This document shows positions 35,574 through 45,598 of a DNA stretch of 64,000 nucleotides, piece after piece; positions within the stretch are counted from its first letter, which is position 1; the number at the start of each line of letters is the position of its first letter. The DNA is from a virus (taxonomy: Duplodnaviria; Heunggongvirae; Uroviricota; Caudoviricetes): the IMG/VR virus record IMGVR_UViG_3300024272_000027, one strand, 5' to 3'. The notes below the pieces were generated by a model. That model saw only the letters and a program-made list of their open reading frames with translations, searched no databases and was not told the DNA's origin. The position numbers and the translations under genes are program-made.

Positions 35574-35607
35574 ATTATATATTAACAGTTAAAAGATTAC
35601 AACTAAA
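35574..35607 (-). promoter_or_regulatory. sigma70-like promoter (TTGTAA - 17 - TATAAT)
   Basis: Minus read TTAGTTGTAATCTTTTAACTGTTAATATATAAT. Confidence 0.45.
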
Positions 35608-35631
35608 CAAAAAAAGAATAGCATTTTACTG

Positions 35632-36174
35632 CTATTCCTCATATAATGTAATTTGTTTATTCTGGATTGTTTTCTTTACATCAATTACTCTTTGATTAGA
35701 ACTACCACAATACTTCTGCATCAGGTCTCGCTGTGACTCTATATAAGGACCATCAACAACAACATCGCATAAACTAAGTAATTGATTAATATTGTTATGC
35801 TTTCTATGTTCCGGAGCAATACCACGTATCTTATATAAGAATTGGTCTAGTGTTAGAGTTAATCCTGTATATAACCAGATTGTTTTTTCTGGGAATCTGT
35901 TTCGTATGTATTGACATAATGCAATACATTCAAGAATATTAGATTCTTCTAAAGGATGTCCGCCACTCAATGTAATCCCATCAACGTGTTCGTATTTCAA
36001 TTCATCAACTATCTGTTGTACAGCGGATTGATTGAAAGTATAACCACCATTAAAGTCCCAAGTGGATTCATTATGGCATCCTTGACAATGTATAGAGCAA
36101 CCTTGACACCATAACACAACGCGTATGCCAGGCCCATTTGCTACAGAGTTCTTCTCTATCTTTGCATATCTCAT
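35632..36174 (-). CDS. nrdG: anaerobic ribonucleotide reductase activating protein NrdG
   Basis: Cys cluster CQGCSIHCQGCHN near the N-terminus (radical-SAM type) directly downstream of nrdD. Confidence 0.7.
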   Translation of the reverse strand: MRYAKIEKNSVANGPGIRVVLWCQGCSIHCQGCHNESTWDFNGGYTFNQSAVQQIVDELKYEHVDGITLSGGHPLEESNILECIALCQYIRNRFPEKTIWLYTGLTLTLDQFLYKIRGIAPEHRKHNNINQLLSLCDVVVDGPYIESQRDLMQKYCGSSNQRVIDVKKTIQNKQITLYEE

Positions 36175-36734
36175 TCAATACTCTTCTCCCTTAATCTATG
36201 AAATAAAATACCTCCAAATGCATTACCAAGTATGACTATAACTAAGTAACTCAATGTTTGAAGATTAAAAGTTCTTGCGGCTATCACAAGACATACTCGA
36301 GCTATGGAATGATTAAATCCGCATATAACGAATAGTGTAACAGCTAATATAACTAATGCAAAATCTGATTTATTGTAGCCCTCAACGGCAACATATATAA
36401 GTATGTTACACATTATAGAAGTGACAACAATAGTGACTATATCTTTGTTCAACGCAAGGGTTAACTGTTCTTTAGCTGCCTCAACAGGACAGAGAAATAA
36501 AATCGAGCATCCTATAATGTTTCCTAGTAACACTGTTAAGATATAAGGAAGTTCCTTATAACTTTTGATATAAGGAACTTTGCCTGTAAATAAATGCAAC
36601 TTACAATCCAATATTGCGAGTAATCCGACAGAGAACAATACAGCTCCGACAATACTTGGATTGTGTAGATATCCAAGAGTACTTATAGCTATCATTACAC
36701 CCGCTAATATAGCAGATTCTAACACTCTTTTCAT
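36171..36734 (-). CDS. formate/nitrite transporter (FNT)-like integral membrane protein (short form)
   Basis: 187 aa, about 6 TM; FNT signature-like motifs KLHLFTG (cf. [DES]-L-F-T-G), SIMCNILIYVAV (cf. xxCNxxVCLA), GFNHSIA (cf. GFEHSxAN) and LGNAFGG (cf. LGNxxGG). Confidence 0.45.
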   Translation of the reverse strand: MKRVLESAILAGVMIAISTLGYLHNPSIVGAVLFSVGLLAILDCKLHLFTGKVPYIKSYKELPYILTVLLGNIIGCSILFLCPVEAAKEQLTLALNKDIVTIVVTSIMCNILIYVAVEGYNKSDFALVILAVTLFVICGFNHSIARVCLVIAARTFNLQTLSYLVIVILGNAFGGILFHRLREKSIE

Positions 36735-36745
36735 TTAATCACCCA

Positions 36746-38992
36746 TTATTCGTCACCTAGATGTAATACTCTTTCTTTGATTTCTTGAGTTCTTCCTTGA
36801 TTCCAGAATTGAGTACCAATATATCCACAAGTTCTTCTTGCTACATTTAATTTGCTTTGGTCAGTATTACCACAGTTAGGGCACTCCCAGTACAACTTGT
36901 TATTCTCGTCTTCTTTGATAACTATCTCACCATCGAACCCACATTCTTGACAATAGTCACTCTTGCAGTTCAATTCGGCATACATTATGTTATCATATAT
37001 AAATTTAATTACTGATAACACAGCCGGAATATTTTTCTGTAAATCAGGAACTTCAACATAACTAATCGCTCCGCCAGGAGATAGTTTTTGGAACTTAGCT
37101 TCTGTTGCTAACTTTGTAAAGGCATCAATAGGTTCTGTAACGTGAATGTGATAACTATTTGTTATGTAATTCTTATCGGTTACGCCCTCAATAACTCCAT
37201 AGTGGTCTTGACAAGCTTTAGCAAACTTATAAGTAACTGATTCAATAGGCGTCCCGTAAACTGAATAATCAATCTTTTCAGCAGTTTTCCACTCTTTACA
37301 TTTATCGTTCATATACTGCATTATCTTAAGTCCGATATGTTCACCTTCAGGTTCTGTTAGTTTACTGCCTGTAAGAGCATAAACACATTCCCACAATCCT
37401 GCATATCCTAACGAAATTGTTGAATAGCCGTTATGTAGTAAATCGTGAATATTTTCACCTTTTGCTAATCTTGCGATAGCTCCGTGTTGCCAATGGATTG
37501 GTGAAGTATCACTATATGTATTAGCAAGTCTTTCGTGTCTAATCTGTAATGCTTTATGACATAATTCTAATCTTGCATCAAATATCTCCCAGAATTTTTC
37601 TAAATCTTTATCTGCCGCAAGGCCTACATCAACTAAGTTAATAGTAACAACGCCTTGATTAAATCTACCATAGTATTTAGGGTCAACTTTAATACCGCTT
37701 TTTGATTTATCCTCTTCAGTAGTCCAAGGAGTTAAGAATGAGCGACATCCCATACAAGGATAACAATCACCATCGCCATTTTTGTTTATCTTGTACTCCT
37801 TCATTTTCTTTTCAGATATGTAATCAGGGACTAATCTTTTAGCTGTGCACTTAGCAGCTAATTCAGTTAAATACCAATACTTAGTATCTTCTTTGCAATT
37901 GTCCTCTTCTAATACATATAGAAGTTTAGGGAATGCAGGAGTAATCCAAACACCCTTTTCGTTCTTTACGCCTTCAATACGCTGACGAAGGACTTCTTCA
38001 ATAACTAAAGCAAGGTCTACTTTTTCCTGTTCGCTCTTTGCTTCATTTAGATACATATTAACTGATAAGAAGGGTGCTTGACCGTTAGTTGTCATAAGAG
38101 TTACAACTTGATACTGAATAGTCTGAATTCCTCGCTTTATTTCGTCAGCAACTCGCTGTTCAGTAATGTCATCAATAGCTGACTTCATCTTATCCGAAAA
38201 TTCTACAAGTTCTCCTACGTGACAAGATTCCCAAGCAAACTTCTGCTCGGCTTCGACTTGCTTACGAATTTTCTGACGACTTATATCGACAAACGGTGCA
38301 AGATGTGCTAAACTGATTGTCTGTCCACCGTATTGATTACTTGCTACTTGAGCAATAATCTGTGTTGCAATATTACAAGCAGTGCTGAATGAATGTGGTT
38401 TTTCAATCAATGTGCCACTAATAACAGTACCATTCTGTAACATATCTTCAAGGTTTATCAAACAACAATTAAATATATGTTGGGCGAAATAATCTGCATC
38501 GTGAAAATGAATAATTCCTTGATTATGTGCTTCTACTATATCATCCGACAATAGAATACGATTAGTAATATCTTTACTAACCTCACCTGCCATATAATCC
38601 CTCTGTGTAGATGCTATGACAGGATTCTTGTTGCTATTCTCTTGCTTTATTTCTTCATTTGACTCTTCAAGTAATGCAATTATCTTGTCATCAACAGTAC
38701 TTGAAGTTCTTGCAAGAGTCCTTTTATATCGATATGTAATGTACTCTTTTGCCACTGCGTATGCATTATATTCAATTAGTTTATTCTCAATCTGGTCTTG
38801 AATATACTCTACACTACGAGTGCGTTTTGAATTCACATAAGCCTCTGCAATTTCTTCAGCAATTAACTTAATAAGTCGCTTACCTATGCGTTGACTCTTA
38901 ACTGTGATAGAATCGTTTGCCTTCACTAAGGCGTTTTCAATTTTTGAGGAGTCAAATTCAACTTCGGCTCCGTTTCGCTTAATAATTTTCAT
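36746..38992 (-). CDS. nrdD: anaerobic (class III) ribonucleoside-triphosphate reductase NrdD
   Basis: 748 aa; C-terminal glycyl-radical motif RRTCGYIG; Cys-rich zinc site CQECGFDGE...CPNCGN. Confidence 0.85.
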   Translation of the reverse strand: MKIIKRNGAEVEFDSSKIENALVKANDSITVKSQRIGKRLIKLIAEEIAEAYVNSKRTRSVEYIQDQIENKLIEYNAYAVAKEYITYRYKRTLARTSSTVDDKIIALLEESNEEIKQENSNKNPVIASTQRDYMAGEVSKDITNRILLSDDIVEAHNQGIIHFHDADYFAQHIFNCCLINLEDMLQNGTVISGTLIEKPHSFSTACNIATQIIAQVASNQYGGQTISLAHLAPFVDISRQKIRKQVEAEQKFAWESCHVGELVEFSDKMKSAIDDITEQRVADEIKRGIQTIQYQVVTLMTTNGQAPFLSVNMYLNEAKSEQEKVDLALVIEEVLRQRIEGVKNEKGVWITPAFPKLLYVLEEDNCKEDTKYWYLTELAAKCTAKRLVPDYISEKKMKEYKINKNGDGDCYPCMGCRSFLTPWTTEEDKSKSGIKVDPKYYGRFNQGVVTINLVDVGLAADKDLEKFWEIFDARLELCHKALQIRHERLANTYSDTSPIHWQHGAIARLAKGENIHDLLHNGYSTISLGYAGLWECVYALTGSKLTEPEGEHIGLKIMQYMNDKCKEWKTAEKIDYSVYGTPIESVTYKFAKACQDHYGVIEGVTDKNYITNSYHIHVTEPIDAFTKLATEAKFQKLSPGGAISYVEVPDLQKNIPAVLSVIKFIYDNIMYAELNCKSDYCQECGFDGEIVIKEDENNKLYWECPNCGNTDQSKLNVARRTCGYIGTQFWNQGRTQEIKERVLHLGDE

Positions 38993-39062
38993 CTACTCTA
39001 TCTCCGTTATTTTAATGATGTATAATTAAATACAATGTGAATAGTAACGGAATAGGCGGATT

Positions 39063-39540
39063 TTACTCCGCCTTTACCCACACGATTCCGATTGACCCGC
39101 CAGTTGAATTCCAAGTGTCATACACTGTTCCTTCAACGATTGCTACAATGTGATGTCCACCAAGATTAGCAATAACACGATGCCAATTAAACGGTTTATC
39201 TGTGAGATTCAGCTCTTCACTGTAGATGGGGTGCGACAATGTTCTGCAGAATTCTGCGCCAGTATATTTAGTGCCGTCAGCTTGTTTAGGCTGCTTACAT
39301 CTGGTCCAGCCGTTTTTCTGCAAGTATCTATCAATAAGTGAGTTCTCACTCATATCAAAACCTGTCTCGCACTGCATCTGAGCAAGTTCCATAACCACAT
39401 CATTGTATGGTTTTTCCATACCTGTGCACAATGCCCTTATAACACAATCTGTTGTAATCTTATTCTTCGGATTTGCGTTATAATAAGTAAATGTGTCTGT
39501 ATTTGGATATTTTGCCATCCTTTTTTCTGTAAGTGTCATT
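39063..39540 (-). CDS. putative papain-fold cysteine peptidase (start revised to internal ATG MTLTEK; ORF-track start is GTG inside the promoter)
   Basis: Cys CVIRALCTG and His GGHHIVAIVEG motifs; AAGGAAGGT RBS before the internal ATG. Confidence 0.4.
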
Positions 39541-39569
39541 AGTATTACCTTCCTTTCTTTATACACATA

Positions 39570-39603
39570 TTATATAATAAAAAGAAACATAATCCAACTG
39601 TAC
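39570..39603 (-). promoter_or_regulatory. sigma70-like promoter (TTGGAT - 17 - TATAAT)
   Basis: Minus read CAGTTGGATTATGTTTCTTTTTATTATATAAT. Confidence 0.45.
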
Positions 39604-39667
39604 ATTTTCCAAAGATAACAAAACTCCAACCATTTATATATTAAATGATTGGAGTTATAAATACAAC

Positions 39668-39871
39668 TTAAAACTTCAATAACATTAACAATCGGTCACC
39701 TTTACCTAAAGTTTTTCCATAGAAGTCTGTTGTTATGTTTAATCGTTTGTTGTATCTACCTAACATCCTACCATAAAAGTCTCTTACAACTTTATTACCA
39801 TTTGATGTATCTGTATCAATAAATCCAACAATTTTACCTTTTATATCTTTAACTTTATCTCTCTCAATCAT
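39668..39871 (-). CDS. hypothetical protein
   Basis: ORF track. Confidence 0.4.
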   Translation of the reverse strand: MIERDKVKDIKGKIVGFIDTDTSNGNKVVRDFYGRMLGRYNKRLNITTDFYGKTLGKGDRLLMLLKF

Positions 39872-40218
39872 AAGAATGTCACCAAATCCTTTATACGTTC
39901 TTGTGCTTCCTCGATTGTAATTAAAACGGCTTGCTGTGCAAGGGTTTTACCATTTAACCAACTATCTATTATACGCCTTATCTTGCCCTCGTTAAAATCA
40001 AATTCGCTATAGGTATAACTAACCTCATTAGGAATAGTAACGTCATTATCAATGTATCGAGGACCGTATTGTATAATCTTTGTTCGACCGCCTTCAGTCT
40101 TTACTATCATTATATATTCAGTATATAACATAGTTGTAGCACTGATACAGCAGTTCCCTATATCGTCAACTTCTAAAAACCCAGTTGCTTGCATCTGGTA
40201 TAGATAATCAAACTGCAT
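39868..40218 (-). CDS. hypothetical protein
   Basis: ORF track. Confidence 0.45.
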   Translation of the reverse strand: MQFDYLYQMQATGFLEVDDIGNCCISATTMLYTEYIMIVKTEGGRTKIIQYGPRYIDNDVTIPNEVSYTYSEFDFNEGKIRRIIDSWLNGKTLAQQAVLITIEEAQERIKDLVTFL

Positions 40219-40844
40219 TATTCAATTACCTCATAATCAAGTACAAGTAGCTCGTGCGCTACTCTGAACTCAATTTCACCGTTTTCGAGTACTTTCTTAT
40301 GTTCACGTGAATGTAATTCACCTTTTAATCTTAATTGAGTATTAACGGACAACTTAGCGAGCTCCTTAGCTAGTTTATTCCAAGCTATGCAAGGAATATA
40401 ACTGTTAAGTCTTTTTGAGCCATCATTCGACATCAAGTTGTTAGCAAGAATAAAATGAACATTTTGTTTCCCATTCTTATTTGTACGTAATTCATTTATC
40501 TTGCATACGCGTCCATCAATATTAACAGTGTTAACAGTAGAAGTTATATTGTCATCTACATCACTAGGAATATCAAAATAAGTAAAAACATATATAATTA
40601 CTTTGTTTTTATCTTCAGACACTTTATATGAATAAGAACGAACATTACCTTTTAATGTAACTTCATCGTTTTCTTTATACTTATTACTAAATGTTTTAAA
40701 TCTCAAGTTTATAACATCTTCGGCACCATTAGCTCTAGGCACAATAAGTTTAGCCTTACTAAAACTGATGCTATCGATGGAATGAGACAATTCAATATCT
40801 TTTATAATGCCTTTTAATTGCACATCGTTCACATTTTCCACCAC
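40218..40844 (-). CDS. hypothetical protein (possibly virion-associated)
   Basis: ORF track. Confidence 0.45.
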   Translation of the reverse strand: MVENVNDVQLKGIIKDIELSHSIDSISFSKAKLIVPRANGAEDVINLRFKTFSNKYKENDEVTLKGNVRSYSYKVSEDKNKVIIYVFTYFDIPSDVDDNITSTVNTVNIDGRVCKINELRTNKNGKQNVHFILANNLMSNDGSKRLNSYIPCIAWNKLAKELAKLSVNTQLRLKGELHSREHKKVLENGEIEFRVAHELLVLDYEVIE

Positions 40845-40847
40845 ACT

Positions 40848-43415
40848 TTACTTACAAATTTTCCAGCTACCACCTGACCATACATAAGGCTGAGCAATTG
40901 TCCAATTAGGTTTACCATAATCTGTTGATTTGTTTATAAATACAGTTCCATACTTCCATCCACTGTCATATATTCTAACCACACCGGTACACTGATAAGG
41001 TCCCGCAGTAACGGAAGAGGTTACATTGTTTGCAGCTTTAGCACTTACCCTAATATCAAACGGTTTTGCTGGAGGAATCTTTGAGACAGTTTTAGTAGCG
41101 GACTTGCCGTCAGACGCTACTATCATTCTACTTTGAGATAAGGGTGAAGTAGAACCGTCTTTCATAACAATACTGCAGTACCAATCAGTCATCGGTTGCT
41201 GTGCAGTAGCTCTAAAAGAACAAATGTTTCCTCCTGTCTGCACGTCTACTATCTGGATAGCACTTTCTGTAGTATCACAAGTAACAGTTGCTTTGTTTTT
41301 AAGAGCATTACAATCTAACCTCCACACCTCAACTTCGTAAGATGAATTACTATTTGCACGTAAAGGCATATCTGTAACTTGTAGGAGTTTACTTGCAACA
41401 GTAGGAGGACACTTGAGTGACCCTTCTGCTGACTGTACTGTTGATGCACCTTTAAAAGACCATCCACAGTTGTAATTAGTTTTTAACGTCATAGTACCTA
41501 GTCTATTAGCTGTAGGATTTAGAGTGAATGTGTTAATCTGTGGAATACTGGAGTCACACTCTGCACTATAGGTGCTTTTAAGGATTTCATTTACTACACG
41601 TTTTATATGTAACTTAAATGTTCCTTTATCATTGGTTGTACTTTTATCAAACTGTATAACAGGCTTATATGTAGTCAGTGCAATGCACTCATTAGACCAC
41701 GTGTTTTTCCCATTAGTGCTGTAACAGGAACCATCAGGACCTTCAAGTTGCCAACGAAACTTACACCAAGTCCAAAATTCGAGTTGAACTTTACAACGAG
41801 CAACAGGATTTATAATAAATCCTTCTTTAGGTGCGTTTGTTGGTCCGTGTCGTACTGCAGGTCTTTCTGCATAATATTCTGTGTTCTGTGATTCTGATAT
41901 CAACGGACAATCGCTACGAGTAACTGTTAGGGTGTAGTATTTTCCATTAGTTATATTGCGGTCATCTGCAGTTACTGAAATATTTTCAACTGTGATTGTT
42001 TGAGTGCTACCACTGGCTTTCTTGGTGAAAGACCCTTTATAAACTGTCGCACTCTTACCATTATCTCCAACAGTACTTAGGACATAAGAACACGGATAGT
42101 TGTATACTCTAAATTGAAGCGTTGCTTTAGTACCTGGGTTACTCGTAGCTTTCAACGATAGTGTTTCTATTAAAGGAATAGCTGTGTCACACTCAACCGC
42201 TGAAGAAGTTCCTGTAGTATGACGTGTGATGTCTCGTGCACGAACTGTTACCACTGGAGCAACAACAGACACTTTTATATTTTTTACTTCTATTTTCTTG
42301 TTGTTTGAAGTGCTAACATTGACCCAGTTACCACTGTCAATCTTGTATTGCCAAGTATCACAAGGCACATCAGAAGTAGCAACAAAACTAATATTTCTAT
42401 AAGTAAATAGACTTTTTGTAGGTGTCAAAGTAATTTTTGGACAGCTCATATCCACGGATTGAACAGAAGACGTGCCTACAATTCCATTAGACACTTTAGT
42501 AGCCCTTACTGAAAAAGTATGTTTCCCTGCGGATAATGCACTCGTTGTATATGTGGTCTGCTTAGTGCTTACTGTTTTAAAAGTGGTCCAAGAGCCTGTA
42601 TCTATCTTTACTTGCCAATCTTTACAACTGTCTGCAGAACTAGCAGTTAAGGTAACTTTGCCTCCGGATGCTAGTGCAGCTGATAATTGAATAGTAGGCT
42701 TGACGCAGTCAAAAGTGATTGTGCTTGACTGTCCACTAACGCCATTTGACGATTTAACTGCTTTTAATCTAATAGTGGGAGAACTCGTTGAAACAGTAAC
42801 TGTTTGAGTTCCTCCTTTACCAGACAATGTACTAGTTTTCCAAGCTCCTCCATTTAAACTATACTGCCAAGAACCGCAAGTAACATTAGCAGACCCTTTA
42901 AATGTCACACTATTTGTTGTACAAGAACTCTTAGTTGCTGTTATTGTAGGAGCAGTTCTGTCATTAGGCCCACCGGAGTCCGATTGTACTGACGCTGCAA
43001 TATTGTGAGTAGCTGACACATTAACTGAAATGTATTTACCTGCTGATAACCATTTTACGCTACTGTTATAACATTTCACAGTTAAGTTAACAGCAGGGCA
43101 TTTTCCGCTACTATCTCCATTAACTGTATGTGTAAGTCCTACTGTCTGATATCCGGACTTAGGCAGCCATCCTGAATACGTATTGCTACCGGATGAAGGT
43201 ATTGTACCTGTTTTCTTAGACGACCCTATACTTATTTCCCAGTTTGTACGGAAATTCCATTTACCTCCGTGAGCACGAATTCCTGTTACCTTTATGGTGT
43301 AAGTGTTATTTAATTCATTACGTGTCGCGGAATACTGTACCTCTCCATAGTACTTATATGTGTCAGATGAAGTATTCCATAACTGTTGAACAGATGTTTT
43401 ACAAGTTTTTGACAC
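40848..43415 (-). CDS. large Ser/Thr-rich protein with tandem Ig-like repeats (putative fibre / adhesin / receptor-binding protein)
   Basis: 855 aa; at least four about 90-aa repeats sharing C-x-x-W-Q-x-K-I-D-(S/T)-G-x-W; no enzymatic motifs. Confidence 0.5.
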   Translation of the reverse strand: MSKTCKTSVQQLWNTSSDTYKYYGEVQYSATRNELNNTYTIKVTGIRAHGGKWNFRTNWEISIGSSKKTGTIPSSGSNTYSGWLPKSGYQTVGLTHTVNGDSSGKCPAVNLTVKCYNSSVKWLSAGKYISVNVSATHNIAASVQSDSGGPNDRTAPTITATKSSCTTNSVTFKGSANVTCGSWQYSLNGGAWKTSTLSGKGGTQTVTVSTSSPTIRLKAVKSSNGVSGQSSTITFDCVKPTIQLSAALASGGKVTLTASSADSCKDWQVKIDTGSWTTFKTVSTKQTTYTTSALSAGKHTFSVRATKVSNGIVGTSSVQSVDMSCPKITLTPTKSLFTYRNISFVATSDVPCDTWQYKIDSGNWVNVSTSNNKKIEVKNIKVSVVAPVVTVRARDITRHTTGTSSAVECDTAIPLIETLSLKATSNPGTKATLQFRVYNYPCSYVLSTVGDNGKSATVYKGSFTKKASGSTQTITVENISVTADDRNITNGKYYTLTVTRSDCPLISESQNTEYYAERPAVRHGPTNAPKEGFIINPVARCKVQLEFWTWCKFRWQLEGPDGSCYSTNGKNTWSNECIALTTYKPVIQFDKSTTNDKGTFKLHIKRVVNEILKSTYSAECDSSIPQINTFTLNPTANRLGTMTLKTNYNCGWSFKGASTVQSAEGSLKCPPTVASKLLQVTDMPLRANSNSSYEVEVWRLDCNALKNKATVTCDTTESAIQIVDVQTGGNICSFRATAQQPMTDWYCSIVMKDGSTSPLSQSRMIVASDGKSATKTVSKIPPAKPFDIRVSAKAANNVTSSVTAGPYQCTGVVRIYDSGWKYGTVFINKSTDYGKPNWTIAQPYVWSGGSWKICK

Positions 43416-43424
43416 TTAATCACC

Positions 43425-44075
43425 TCACTCAGAAATTAAGAAAAATACTTGTCCTTCAACACCACTTAAAGGCAAGGAAGTTCCGTAAACGGCGTCGGTG
43501 TCTTTATATAGTGTCAATCTAGGAATCTGTGTTAAAGATAACCCGTTTATACTAATACTTGAGTTAACGTAATCTTCAGTGCCGGTAACTTTACTTGCAG
43601 GACGAATCTGTGTTCCTCCATACATAACCATATTAAAACCATAAATAGTGGGGTAGTTATCGTTCTTGTCTTCAGTGCCGTATATTGCGTTGTTATGTAT
43701 AGATATCGACGGCGCTCGTCGTTGTCCTGCGGTAACGCTACCCTCCCCTTTAGGGTATAAAAATATAAGCGCACCTGATTTAGATTTATCGTCCGCTGAA
43801 GCTCCTATTGTAATTGCGACGTCTCCGTCGTTACTATCATCAATAAAACTTGTAAGTCTGTGTGAGAGGTTTGATTCGTCAGCATACTGTGCAGCTACCT
43901 TGAGAGGATTCTGATACGCACCTCTACTAGTACCTTTTCCTACGTATAGATATGCATAGTTGCCTGTGTTATGAATATATAATTCACGGTCTTCTAATTG
44001 TGCTGACGCGTCAGGAGGTGACTGCTGACTGCCTCCGTTCAATTGCAATATAGCATTTAACCTACCGTCATTCAT
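43425..44075 (-). CDS. hypothetical structural protein
   Basis: ORF track. Confidence 0.45.
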   Translation of the reverse strand: MNDGRLNAILQLNGGSQQSPPDASAQLEDRELYIHNTGNYAYLYVGKGTSRGAYQNPLKVAAQYADESNLSHRLTSFIDDSNDGDVAITIGASADDKSKSGALIFLYPKGEGSVTAGQRRAPSISIHNNAIYGTEDKNDNYPTIYGFNMVMYGGTQIRPASKVTGTEDYVNSSISINGLSLTQIPRLTLYKDTDAVYGTSLPLSGVEGQVFFLISE

Positions 44076-44078
44076 TTA

Positions 44079-44816
44079 TCAATCATCCTTTTCGTCTGAA
44101 TTTGCATCTGATTGAGCCGATTGTAATGCTTCAATTTCTTCTTCTGTCATCGGAATGCTTTCTATAACAGTTTCTCCCTTACGAACACTTTCCATAAAAC
44201 GGATAGCATCTGATAACTGCTGAGCATCTTTGTCGTCTTTTATAGCTGCGTCAATCTCTTTTCGTTTTAAATCCAATGAATCAAGATACATATCGAGTAC
44301 TTCTTTGCGCTCTTCATCCGTTGCAACATCAAAAGCATCATCTATTTCTAACCCAATATCTGACAATAGAAGTCCATCTAAGTGGTCTATGTGATGTTGC
44401 ATAATACGGGCAGCTAGTCCTAAAAGCTCAATAGACTCTACTTTACCTAGTGGTGTTTGATATGTAATATCAACTTTACTGTATCTTGTTCTTATGTATG
44501 TTTTATCAGGAATGGAGTGACAAGTTTCTCTTGATAATTCAAAACCATCAACTTTAGTAATTATCGGGTTGATAAAAGTTCTGATATCTCCACTAAAGTT
44601 TAAACATATAATTCGTTTATCATAACCAATCTGATTAGCAGATAAACCCACCATATTTGGATGTGCTCTTAAAGTGTTCTTTAAAGCTAAAGTAATCTGC
44701 TGTGCCTCGCCATTCTTCTTTGTAATATCAAATTCATTACAGCGTTCTGATAATGCTTCATAATCGGTTACGATTTCTTTGACGTATTTGTCCAACTTAA
44801 TAATTTTATCTGCCAT
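44079..44816 (-). CDS. def: peptide deformylase
   Basis: PDF motifs: I GLSANQIG (GxGxAAxQ), II ETCHS (EGCLS), III QHHIDHLDG (QHExDH). Confidence 0.65.
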   Translation of the reverse strand: MADKIIKLDKYVKEIVTDYEALSERCNEFDITKKNGEAQQITLALKNTLRAHPNMVGLSANQIGYDKRIICLNFSGDIRTFINPIITKVDGFELSRETCHSIPDKTYIRTRYSKVDITYQTPLGKVESIELLGLAARIMQHHIDHLDGLLLSDIGLEIDDAFDVATDEERKEVLDMYLDSLDLKRKEIDAAIKDDKDAQQLSDAIRFMESVRKGETVIESIPMTEEEIEALQSAQSDANSDEKDD

Positions 44817-44817
44817 T

Positions 44818-45093
44818 TTAATTCTCTCCTAATTCAGTGACTACAAGTTTATAAGTATCAGCTGAGAAATCAGCTATAAGATTCAATGAATAGTCATCTG
44901 CAATATACATAACATTTGTTACATTTAGATTAACCACACTGGAATCTTCATTTTCATCAACTAAGTCACTTTTATCTAACTTACTAAATGCTTTATTGAA
45001 TGCGTCACTATTTTCAAAATCAATGACGTAATTCTTGTCTTTTGAAAAATAACCTGCGTCGGTTATTCCAATTTTTGAGAGTAATTCTTTCAT
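44818..45093 (-). CDS. small acidic protein
   Basis: ORF track; D/E-rich. Confidence 0.4.
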   Translation of the reverse strand: MKELLSKIGITDAGYFSKDKNYVIDFENSDAFNKAFSKLDKSDLVDENEDSSVVNLNVTNVMYIADDYSLNLIADFSADTYKLVVTELGEN

Positions 45094-45119
45094 ATAAATC
45101 CTCCAATTTTACATACAAT

Positions 45120-45452
45120 TTATCTAGATTTGAGTGTACTAATTAGCTTGTCATTACTAGGCAACACTTTATCCGCTGTGTGACTTCCTGCTTGAGCCAA
45201 TACTTTATGACTGCGTTTGTTATACTGTGCGTGTTTGCTACTACGTGTAGGCTTATCTAATAAATATCTAATATAACTGAGAGACTCAAAACTGTTTTTA
45301 ACTGGTAGTATAGTTTGTTTTATCTGCTCAACGCGTTCAGGAGGCAACATACCTGCGTCAACTTCTGCTGACATATCGGCTAATACCGCTTGTAATTCAA
45401 CATACTGCTTATAAACTTTATTGTAGTAATCATCAAAATGCTTTCTTGCCAT
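45120..45452 (-). CDS. hypothetical protein
   Basis: ORF track. Confidence 0.45.
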   Translation of the reverse strand: MARKHFDDYYNKVYKQYVELQAVLADMSAEVDAGMLPPERVEQIKQTILPVKNSFESLSYIRYLLDKPTRSSKHAQYNKRSHKVLAQAGSHTADKVLPSNDKLISTLKSR

Positions 45453-45469
45453 TTGTCATCACCTCATAT

Positions 45470-45528
45470 AAAAAATAAGGTACTTGTATATGAAGATAAT
45501 TCTTGATAATACAAGTACCTTTATTTGT
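45470..45528. terminator. bidirectional intrinsic terminator (13-bp stem AAGGTACTTGTAT...ATACAAGTACCTT)
   Basis: Long perfect stem with A-run / T-run flanks. Confidence 0.5.
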
Positions 45529-45598
45529 TAAACTATATATTCATCAATTGACGTTATCTTACTGATATTATATTAAGCTGCAATACAATTTGTTTTAA

